18,798 nt of DNA, taken from assembly GCA_034717975.1 (NCBI GenBank), contig JAYEMF010000049.1:1-18798 (forward strand), read 5' to 3'. The first letter of the stretch is position 1, and each line of letters opens with the position of its first letter. The translations under genes and the position numbers were made by a program. This DNA comes from Campylobacterota bacterium. GTDB taxonomy: Bacteria > Campylobacterota > Campylobacteria > Campylobacterales > Sulfurimonadaceae. Positions 1-7,334 of the stretch are shown here, piece after piece. The notes below the pieces were generated by a model. The model saw nothing but the letters and a program-made list of their open reading frames with translations. It was not told where the DNA came from and did not search any database.

Positions 1-33
1 CTGATGATATCCAGGGTTTTTAGAGGTGCCCTA
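1..33. mobile_element. Possible terminal inverted repeat/right end of an IS or MITE, truncated by the window edge
   Basis: The 16-mer TTTTAGAGGTGCCCTA (18-33) recurs exactly at 14298-14313 and both copies are intergenic. Reading it as an IS end is inference. Confidence 0.35.
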
Positions 34-102
34 CAATTCTCTTCACAAAAAGATCTTCAAGTGCATATTATCTAACAGTGTTTTTTTTGCTTAACTGTTT
101 TT

Positions 103-134
103 GTTATTTTACAGTAATATTTCTCTTCTATCAT
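103..134 (+). promoter_or_regulatory. Pho-box-like direct repeat plus -10; probably a leaderless promoter
   Basis: GTTAT(103)-N6-GTAAT(114)-N10-TATCAT(129-134). ATG at 142 lies 7 nt downstream, with no SD. Confidence 0.5.
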
Positions 135-141
135 AGCACTT

Positions 142-1119
142 ATGCATAAAAATAAAAAGATCAATAAACTCACGCAGCAGCTGAGTAGACTGTTAAAAGC
201 CGATGATGTCCAGATGAAGCGATCTGAACTCAAAGTACTGGTCAAGCCTTTTCGAAAACTTCTTAAAGAGTTTCGTAAAATCCTTAAGATCAATGATCAG
301 CAGCAAGCAGAACTTGAAGAGACGCACCAAAAACTGCGTAATGCCTACCGGGAACTGGAACGCTATAAAAATGATCTGGAAGTGCAGGTGAAAGATGAGA
401 TCAAAAAACGCAAGGTCCAGGAGAACCTCATCTTTCAGCAATCGAAATTTGCCGCTCTGGGCGAAATGGTCGATGCTATTGCCCATCAATGGAGCCAACC
501 CCTAAATTCCATCGGCATACACGTTCAAAAGCTTGCCTATGACTACCAAGACAACAACATAGACAGACCTTACATTGACAATCTGATCCAAAATGTCAAT
601 CGTCAACAGAGGCACATGACAGATACTCTCGGAACATTCCGGCGTTTTCTGAGTCCAAGTAGAGAGATTGAAAGATTTGATCTTAATACATTCATCGATG
701 AGGTACTGATACTGCTCAAAGATTCACTCGTTCAGCGTCAGGTGATGGTAATATTCAAACCGACTGAACCCATACTGATAGAGGGTACAAAAAGCGAACT
801 CCAGCATGTCCTGATCAATCTCATTAACAATGCCAGCGAAGCCTACAAAGATAAAAAAGAGAAAAAGAAGATAATTACCCTTACTATGAAGGAAAAACGC
901 ACCTTTGTACAAATTAACGTCAAAGACCGAGCTGGTGGTATTGATGAGGCAATCATCCACGATATCTTTAAGCCATACACCAGTAGCAAACAGCATGGGA
1001 ACTCCGGGATAGGTCTCTATATGAGTCAGAAAATCATTCAGAAACATGGCGGGGATATTGAAGTTTCCAATGTTGATGAAGGTGCACGGTTCACAATCAA
1101 ACTTCATAAAAGGATATAG
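142..1119 (+). CDS. Soluble sensor histidine kinase (N-terminal coiled coil + HisKA + HATPase_c)
   Basis: H-box IAHQWSQPLN, N-box NLINNASEA, G1 KDRAGGI, F-box IFKPY, G2 SGIGLYMS; no transmembrane segment. Confidence 0.92.
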   Translation: MHKNKKINKLTQQLSRLLKADDVQMKRSELKVLVKPFRKLLKEFRKILKINDQQQAELEETHQKLRNAYRELERYKNDLEVQVKDEIKKRKVQENLIFQQSKFAALGEMVDAIAHQWSQPLNSIGIHVQKLAYDYQDNNIDRPYIDNLIQNVNRQQRHMTDTLGTFRRFLSPSREIERFDLNTFIDEVLILLKDSLVQRQVMVIFKPTEPILIEGTKSELQHVLINLINNASEAYKDKKEKKKIITLTMKEKRTFVQINVKDRAGGIDEAIIHDIFKPYTSSKQHGNSGIGLYMSQKIIQKHGGDIEVSNVDEGARFTIKLHKRI

Positions 1120-1266
1120 ATGTTTTTCTTCCATCAACGGCCTGAACAAAATAAAGAAGTGGAGTATACGTTACAAAAAGCGATGATCACTTTTGACAAA
1201 CATCAGCACCATATCTACTCCACCGGACTTGATCAATATGTCAGCCACCTGCTGGAAAGCGAATAG
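1120..1266 (+). CDS. 48-aa small hypothetical protein (MFFFHQRPEQ...SHLLESE), not in the ORF track
   Basis: ATG immediately follows the kinase TAG, with AAGGA at 1110-1114. The stop lies 4 nt before the next ATG (1271), so it fills the gap almost exactly. Confidence 0.55.
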   Translation: MFFFHQRPEQNKEVEYTLQKAMITFDKHQHHIYSTGLDQYVSHLLESE

Positions 1267-1270
1267 CCCT

Positions 1271-3025
1271 ATGCTGCCATCAAAATGGAAAAAGATACTT
1301 GAACATATCGACTTTGCCTTTCAGCCTATCGTCCACGCCACAACAGGGAAGGTCTATGCCGTCGAAGCACTGCTGAGAAATATCAACGAGATCAATCATT
1401 ACTCTTCTATCTTCAGCTTTTTTGACGATGCCTATCATGACGGTGTGCTCTATACACTCGACATCCATCTGAGAAAAAAGGCCTTCAAGAAATTTGGCAA
1501 AATACCAATCGAAAATATCAAGCTCTTTTACAATCTCGACAACCGGATCATGATCATGCCTGATTTTAAACCAGGGAATACCATAGCACTGCTGGAGAAG
1601 CTCAACATACCTCGTGAGATACTCTGCTTCGAGATCAGTGAACGCGGTACGCTCGATAACCCAAGCAATATCACCAATATTGTCAACCAATACAAGATGG
1701 AGGGTTTTTCTATGGCCATCGATGATTTCGGAACAGGTATATCCGGTCTACAGCTACTCTATTACTCCGAACCTGACTTTCTAAAACTTGACCGTTTTTT
1801 CATACAGAGTATCGAAAAGGATTCCAGGAAACGGCACTTCTGCGCTTCAATCATCCAAATGGCCCATACAATGGGAATCGAAGTAATAGCTGAAGGTATT
1901 GAGACAAAACAGGAGTACTACACCTGCATCGAACTGGGTGCCGACTTTGTTCAAGGCTATCTTATCGCACACCCTGCAACCGACATCCGGCAGCTCGAAC
2001 CTATCTACAAAACAGTTAAAAAGATGTACAGCAAAGAACACAGAAAAGAGTCAAAAAATATTATTGATGAAGCTCATATAGACTATATAGATCCTATTCT
2101 TGATTCAACTGACCTGCATGGACTCTTTACCTATTTCAAAGAGCACTCTAATAACAGTTTTGCACCGGTAACAGACCAATATGGACAGGTACTCGGTGTT
2201 GTTTATGAGGAAGATTTTAAAAAGATATCCTACTCCGTCTATGGGATGTCACTGGCTAAGAACCGCTCGATCAATACAGACATTTCCACTTACATCAAAC
2301 CGGCAACAACGGTTGAACTCTCCCACGGCATCGATAATACTCTTGCGATTTATAACGATAATCCTGAAGAGAAGCGAGGTATTTTCATTACCCTTGACAA
2401 TGCCTATCATGGCTTTATCGATCTAAACAGCCTACTCTCACTCTCCTATAAGCGCACACTCGAAATAGCAGAGAACAAAAACCCACTGACAAAACTACCA
2501 GGTAATGATCAGGTACATAAATTTATTAAAACTGCTTTTGATGAAGACAAAAGTACCTTGCACCACATGATATATTTGGATTTTAATGATTTCAAACCGT
2601 TTAATGACCACTATGGATTCCGTCAGGGGGACAGGGCCATCTTGCTCTTTTCAGACATTCTAAAAAAAGAGCTTCCATCCACTGCATTTATAGCCCACAT
2701 AGGTGGTGACGACTTTTTTGTAGGCCTTAGCAATGAGAGATACGAACAGGTCTTTTCATGGATTCAAACCATTTTATATAAATTCAAGGAGTCCGCCATC
2801 AATCTCTATGATAAAAATGATCAAGAGAGGGGCTGTGTCAAGATGAAAGACCGCTACGGTATCAGCCGGACATTCCCTCTGCTCTCTGTGGCTGGTGCTA
2901 TTGTTGAAGTATGCCACCAATCTATTGATCTTGACCTGGATACACTTCTTGTAATCGTCAAAAAATCATCAAAAATATACAGTGATGGAGTACCGGTCGG
3001 CAGCAGTATCCTTCAACACAAATGA
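1271..3025 (+). CDS. EAL-CBS-GGDEF c-di-GMP phosphodiesterase/cyclase
   Basis: AFQPIV, EALLR, EISE, DDFGTG, KLDR, AEGIET, QGY (intact EAL); CBS-like middle; NPLTKLPGN, DFKPFNDHYG, GGDDF. ATG 1271 preferred over TTG 1193. Confidence 0.9.
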   Translation: MLPSKWKKILEHIDFAFQPIVHATTGKVYAVEALLRNINEINHYSSIFSFFDDAYHDGVLYTLDIHLRKKAFKKFGKIPIENIKLFYNLDNRIMIMPDFKPGNTIALLEKLNIPREILCFEISERGTLDNPSNITNIVNQYKMEGFSMAIDDFGTGISGLQLLYYSEPDFLKLDRFFIQSIEKDSRKRHFCASIIQMAHTMGIEVIAEGIETKQEYYTCIELGADFVQGYLIAHPATDIRQLEPIYKTVKKMYSKEHRKESKNIIDEAHIDYIDPILDSTDLHGLFTYFKEHSNNSFAPVTDQYGQVLGVVYEEDFKKISYSVYGMSLAKNRSINTDISTYIKPATTVELSHGIDNTLAIYNDNPEEKRGIFITLDNAYHGFIDLNSLLSLSYKRTLEIAENKNPLTKLPGNDQVHKFIKTAFDEDKSTLHHMIYLDFNDFKPFNDHYGFRQGDRAILLFSDILKKELPSTAFIAHIGGDDFFVGLSNERYEQVFSWIQTILYKFKESAINLYDKNDQERGCVKMKDRYGISRTFPLLSVAGAIVEVCHQSIDLDLDTLLVIVKKSSKIYSDGVPVGSSILQHK

Positions 3026-3043
3026 TTTTGAGAATACTTTTTA

Positions 3044-3075
3044 GTAACCATATTGCAACAGAGTATACATATAAT
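3044..3075 (+). promoter_or_regulatory. Pho-box-like direct repeat plus -10
   Basis: GTAAC(3044)-N6-GCAAC(3055)-N10-TATAAT(3070-3075). Confidence 0.55.
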
Positions 3076-3099
3076 AGGCTATTTATTTGAAGGGTAATT

Positions 3100-3315
3100 A
3101 TGAAACTGTTGAAAAAACTCTTTAAGCGATATAAAAAAAGTAATACTGAATCTCATTACAATGCTATTATTAAAGAGCTTGAAAAGCATAAGGCCTTACT
3201 TGAGAAGAGACTGGAAAAGGAAAAATCCGACTCAAAAATCAAAGAGCATCAGAAAGAGTATGAGGCGGTCAGGGTATTACTCAACAAGAGCCATAAACAA
3301 CTTGCAAAACTTTAA
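3100..3315 (+). CDS. 71-aa basic coiled-coil hypothetical protein
   Basis: Has its own -10 and SD-like GAAGGG; K/E-rich heptad pattern; converges with the next gene. Confidence 0.8.
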   Translation: MKLLKKLFKRYKKSNTESHYNAIIKELEKHKALLEKRLEKEKSDSKIKEHQKEYEAVRVLLNKSHKQLAKL

Positions 3316-3320
3316 TTATC

Positions 3321-3587
3321 TTATGTGGTCTCTGGTTTAGACTTGGAGAAGCCTGCCCCTTTTTTCGTCTTGGCCTCCAGTTCAAGCGCAGTAATCATAC
3401 TGCGATAATCATATCCCTCTTTATTAAGTTTGACAAAGCAGGTGGCTATGACGGCGATCGTATTGGGCACTTCACCTTTTTTTTTGTAAGACTGCAGATT
3501 TTTTTCACTTACCTTGATCAGTTTACTGAATTTCGGCAAGGTGATCTCTGCATCCAGGAGTAATTTCTTAAATTCAATAAAGGTCAT
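3321..3587 (-). CDS. 88-aa XRE/Cro-like helix-turn-helix protein
   Basis: Start MTFIEFKKLL with AGGAG 8 nt upstream; pattern LPKFSKLIKVSEKNLQSYKKKGEVP is HTH-like. The longer upstream extension in the ORF track is unlikely. Confidence 0.8.
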   Translation of the reverse strand: MTFIEFKKLLLDAEITLPKFSKLIKVSEKNLQSYKKKGEVPNTIAVIATCFVKLNKEGYDYRSMITALELEAKTKKGAGFSKSKPETT

Positions 3588-3669
3588 TTTTATCACTCCT
3601 ATAGTTATGTAAAAAAGATAGTTTATCATAAAAACTCTATATTTTATTACTAAAAGCATCCTATTGCAC

Positions 3670-3717
3670 TTGACAACGTCACCATAAAAAGGGCATAATA
3701 GTAATAATTTATTACTA
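3670..3717 (+). promoter_or_regulatory. Sigma70 promoter with overlapping 9-1-9 palindromic operator
   Basis: TTGACA(3670-3675)-N18-CATAAT(3694-3699); perfect palindrome TAGTAATAA-T-TTATTACTA at 3699-3717. Confidence 0.55.
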
Positions 3718-3759
3718 ATAGTCAGTAATAAGTAAATACAATGCCGACAAGGAGCCCCC

Positions 3760-3945
3760 ATGGCAAAAGCACTGAAGAAAAAAACTGTTAAGAAAATCGC
3801 TACAAAAGCAGCTGCAAAAGTAGCTAAAAAGAAAAATGTAAAAGCTGTTGCTAAAAAAGTAGCTAAAAAAGTTACAGCAAAAGGTACTTCTAAAAAGAAA
3901 GTAGCTAAAAAAGTAGCAAAGAAAGCAGCTAAAAAAGCGGCTTAG
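3760..3945 (+). CDS. 61-aa histone H1-like Lys/Ala-rich protein
   Basis: SD AAGGAG at 3749-3754; 26 Lys, no Asp/Glu, KKVAKK repeats; downstream hairpin. Confidence 0.85.
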   Translation: MAKALKKKTVKKIATKAAAKVAKKKNVKAVAKKVAKKVTAKGTSKKKVAKKVAKKAAKKAA

Positions 3946-3954
3946 TTCTAGCAC

Positions 3955-3977
3955 TGGTACCGCTACGTGCGGTACCA
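3955..3977 (+). terminator. Hairpin, probable intrinsic terminator
   Basis: TGGTACCGC-tacgt-GCGGTACCA, a perfect 9-bp stem 9 nt after the stop; the U-tract is weak. Confidence 0.55.
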
Positions 3978-4031
3978 ACTTCACTTAATCCTTCTATTTA
4001 ACTTTATCCCGTACCTGTAAAAATTGTCAAT

Positions 4032-4063
4032 GTAATATTCACGTAACCAAAAATTCCTATAAT
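4032..4063 (+). promoter_or_regulatory. Pho-box-like direct repeat plus -10 of pstCAB
   Basis: GTAAT(4032)-N6-GTAAC(4043)-N10-TATAAT(4058-4063), upstream of pst genes. Confidence 0.65.
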
Positions 4064-4094
4064 GGCGCACTTAATTTTTAGGGAGATATACGAC

Positions 4095-4952
4095 GTGACA
4101 CTGATTTTCGAAAAAATATTTGCGCATTCGACCCGTCTTATCGCCATGCTGGTACTGCTGGTCGTTGCTTCCATCTTTGCCGTACTTTTCCAGGAGTCGA
4201 TGATCTCGATGCAGGCCTTCGGCTTAGATTTTATCACCGAGGACAAATGGGCTCCAAATCTTGAAAAGTTTGGTGCCAAGGCAGCTATCCTGGGTTCGAT
4301 CATCTCAACTATTTTGGCAATGGTGCTTGCCGTTCCCGTGGCTATCGGGGTAGCCATCTTTCTAAGCGAGATCGCTCCGGCACGTCTTAAAAGCCCGGTC
4401 GGTGTCTCCATCGAACTGCTTGCCGCTATCCCTTCGGTTATCTACGGGATGTGGGGACTCTTTTACTTCGTTCCGATCGTTCGTGACATCTTCGGCGGTG
4501 TCGGGATCGGAATGCTCACAGCCGGAATCGTTCTGGCCATCATGATCCTTCCTTTTATGGCAGCCGTAACCCGTGATGCGATGAATACCACTCCGGATAT
4601 CCTTAAAGAGTCTGCCTATGCACTGGGCGGGACAAAATGGGATGTAATCAAAGATATTGTCATTCCTTACGCCAAAGCAGGGATCATCGGGGCACTCATC
4701 CTCGCTATGGGACGTGCCATCGGTGAGACCATGGCCGTGACCTTTGTTATGGGAAATGTCCACAAGATCTCGCTCGACCTGACGGCACCGGCGACATCGA
4801 TTCCGGTTACCCTGGCCAACGAGTTCAACGAAGCCGACACAGATCTCTATTTCAGTGCCCTCTTCGAGCTTTCTCTGATGCTTCTCATCATCAGCTTCAC
4901 CATCATTGCGGTGGCGAAGTTCGTCTTCTTGCGCCGCAAAAGGAGAGTATAA
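4095..4952 (+). CDS. pstC: Phosphate ABC transporter permease PstC
   Basis: ELLAAIPSVIYGMWG, KESAYALG, GRAIGETMAV. GTG 4095 has SD AGGGAG and is preferred because ATG 4062 overlaps the -10. Confidence 0.95.
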   Translation: MTLIFEKIFAHSTRLIAMLVLLVVASIFAVLFQESMISMQAFGLDFITEDKWAPNLEKFGAKAAILGSIISTILAMVLAVPVAIGVAIFLSEIAPARLKSPVGVSIELLAAIPSVIYGMWGLFYFVPIVRDIFGGVGIGMLTAGIVLAIMILPFMAAVTRDAMNTTPDILKESAYALGGTKWDVIKDIVIPYAKAGIIGALILAMGRAIGETMAVTFVMGNVHKISLDLTAPATSIPVTLANEFNEADTDLYFSALFELSLMLLIISFTIIAVAKFVFLRRKRRV

Positions 4953-5797
4953 TGACCACCACCCAAAAACGTGTTTTCATCAATAAAGTCGTTATGGTTT
5001 TCTCAACACTCTCTGCTTTGATCGGTCTTGCTTTTCTGTTTTGGATCCTCTATGTACTGGTTGCCAATGGTATCGAAGCCATCAACTGGGATATCTTTGC
5101 CTTTGAAGGGGCTCCTCCCGGTTATGAAGAGAGCGGCCTGAAACACGCTCTGATCGGTCAGCTGATACTCGTCGGTGTCGCCTCGCTTATCGGTGTGCCA
5201 TTGGGTGTTATGGCCGGAACCTATCTTAGCGAGTACGGACAACAGTCAAAACTGGCCGAGACCATCCGTGATATCTCCGACATAATGATGAGTGCTCCAA
5301 GTATCGTTATCGGTGCCTTTGTCTATGCCGTCGTAGTTATCCCGATGGGACACTTCAGCGGCTGGGCAGGGGTGATAGCACTGGTAATCATCATGATCCC
5401 TATCATCTTGCGTACTACCGATGATATGCTTGCCTTGGTACCTTCAACACTTCGCGAGGCGGCATTTGCACTTGGAGCACCAAAATACAAAGTGATCATA
5501 CAGGTCGTCTACCGCGGTGCAAAAGCAGGTGTCCTGACCGGCATCTTGCTGGGAGTTGCCCGGGTAGCCGGCGAAACCGCTCCGCTGCTCTTCACCTCGT
5601 TCAACGACAACTTTATGAGTACCAACCTTAACGAAGCGATGGCCTCACTTACAGTGACCATGTTCAACTACGCCACCAGCCCCTACGAAGACTGGCAGCA
5701 GATCGGATGGGCGGCAGCCTTTATCCTGTCAATGTTTATTTTGGGTCTGAATATCCTCGGACGACTGATTATTATGAAGAAAAAAGGGAACAAATAA
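4952..5797 (+). CDS. pstA: Phosphate ABC transporter permease PstA
   Basis: [36 protein letters not shown] coupling to pstC. Confidence 0.95.
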   Translation: MTTTQKRVFINKVVMVFSTLSALIGLAFLFWILYVLVANGIEAINWDIFAFEGAPPGYEESGLKHALIGQLILVGVASLIGVPLGVMAGTYLSEYGQQSKLAETIRDISDIMMSAPSIVIGAFVYAVVVIPMGHFSGWAGVIALVIIMIPIILRTTDDMLALVPSTLREAAFALGAPKYKVIIQVVYRGAKAGVLTGILLGVARVAGETAPLLFTSFNDNFMSTNLNEAMASLTVTMFNYATSPYEDWQQIGWAAAFILSMFILGLNILGRLIIMKKKGNK

Positions 5798-6585
5798 TGG
5801 CAACTATTGTTGATATCAAAGATGAACTGGCTATCGAAGTAAAAAACCTCGACTTTACCTATGCAGGTGCCCCTGAACCAAGTCTCAAAAACATTTCCAT
5901 GCCGATCGCCAAAAACAGTGTTACGGCACTGATCGGACCATCAGGATGCGGCAAGACGACACTGCTTCGTGCATTCAACCGCATGCACGACCTCTATCCG
6001 GGTCACAACTATGACAAAGGAGAGATTCTCTTTGAAGGGCGAAGCATCATTGCCCCTGACGAGGACCTGATCAAGCTGCGCATCCAGATCGGGATGATCT
6101 TCCAGAAGCCGACCGCCTTCCCGATGAGCGTCTTCGACAATGTTGCCTACGGCTTACGCCTTCAGGGCATTAAAAACAAGACGGAACTGCAAGGCCGTGT
6201 CGAAAAAGCACTCAAAGACGCTGCATTGTGGAAAGAGGTAAAAGATCGTCTCAAAGATGATGCCAACGGCCTCTCCGGCGGTCAGCAGCAGCGTCTCTGT
6301 ATCGCCCGCGCCGTAGCCGTCGAACCGGAAGTGCTCCTTTTTGACGAACCTACTTCAGCCCTTGACCCGATCTCTACACAGGGTATTGAAGAGCTGGTAA
6401 CGGAACTCAAAGAGAAGATGACCATCATCATCGTCACCCATAATATGCAGCAAGCTGCCCGTGTCAGTGACTATACCGGTTTTATGTACCTTGGCGAACT
6501 GATCGAGCTTGGAAAGACGGAAGAGTTGTTCGTTACACCGAAAGAGAAGTTGACGGAAGAGTATATTACCGGTAAGTTTGGTTGA
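5797..6585 (+). CDS. pstB: Phosphate ABC transporter ATP-binding protein PstB
   Basis: [51 protein letters not shown] coupling puts the start at 5797. Confidence 0.96.
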   Translation: MATIVDIKDELAIEVKNLDFTYAGAPEPSLKNISMPIAKNSVTALIGPSGCGKTTLLRAFNRMHDLYPGHNYDKGEILFEGRSIIAPDEDLIKLRIQIGMIFQKPTAFPMSVFDNVAYGLRLQGIKNKTELQGRVEKALKDAALWKEVKDRLKDDANGLSGGQQQRLCIARAVAVEPEVLLFDEPTSALDPISTQGIEELVTELKEKMTIIIVTHNMQQAARVSDYTGFMYLGELIELGKTEELFVTPKEKLTEEYITGKFG

Positions 6586-6619
6586 TTTTTTAAGACACAA
6601 AACTTTTAAGTGCTTCTCT

Positions 6620-6909
6620 CTTACTTTCTTTTTGTTCTCGGCAAAAAAAAAGTAAGCAAAGAAAAACTCGCTACCAAGGCTCCGCGGATTTACACAGATA
6701 GATATACCTCAGAAACATCAGGCTGACAGTTAGTATCAAGGCCCCTGTAACTACTTCTGATTGAATATGTTGAACAAGACAACATTATTTTAAAAAAGCT
6801 AAAAAGGCCACGAACAAATACTAATGTCATACATCAACAAACAGCCTCTTCTGGTTCCCGAGCTTTTTCTTTGTTTCTTTCTTTTTTTCCGGAACAAAAA
6901 AGAAAGAAA
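6620..6909. repeat. Pair of inverted ~50-bp T/A-tract palindromic units bracketing ~190 bp (MITE/REPIN-like)
   Basis: 6620-6670 aligns with the reverse complement of 6859-6909, and each unit is itself a hairpin. Confidence 0.55.
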
Positions 6910-6944
6910 ACTGTCGGTAGACGCTCTTCTAAAAAGAACTAAAA

Positions 6945-7334
6945 TTACTTTGCAGCAGTCATCTTCGAACTATCAATCTCAATCACCGTATGTACATTCC
7001 CGCGAGGATTGTAATCCGCAACGATCTTCATATATTTCGGTTTGAGTTTACGCTCCAACACTTCATAGATCTCATTGGCACTGTTCTCATGCGAAACGTG
7101 ACGATCACGAAAGCTGTTGATATAGAGCTTGATCGCTTTTAGCTCTACCACCCACTCATCCGGCGTATATTCCAGATAGATCGTAGCATAATCCGGATAT
7201 CCGCTTCGTGGACAGAGACAGCTGAACTCCGGTAGTGTCATCTTGATCAGATAGTTTCGTTTGTGTTCGTTTGGCCAGATCTCAAGATCTTTCTCCACAT
7301 CAAAATCATTTACAATTTTTTCACCGTATTTCAC
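6945..7334 (-). CDS. queF: NADPH-dependent preQ0 reductase (preQ1 synthase) QueF
   Basis: EFSCLCPRSGYPD, VELKAIKLY, SHE, PRGNV; the GTG start overlaps the upstream TGA. Confidence 0.95.
   Translation of the reverse strand: MKYGEKIVNDFDVEKDLEIWPNEHKRNYLIKMTLPEFSCLCPRSGYPDYATIYLEYTPDEWVVELKAIKLYINSFRDRHVSHENSANEIYEVLERKLKPKYMKIVADYNPRGNVHTVIEIDSSKMTAAK

Noticed and set aside
3800..3935. Repeated AAAGTAGCTAAAAA units
   Set aside because: Explained by the KVAKK peptide repeats; not a CRISPR array or separate element.
3715..3984. 89-aa Phe/Cys-rich minus-strand ORF
   Set aside because: Antisense shadow of the Lys-rich gene, which has the SD, promoter and terminator.
6824..7045. 73-aa plus-strand ORF
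   Set aside because: Runs through the palindromic repeat and antisense into queF; no SD.
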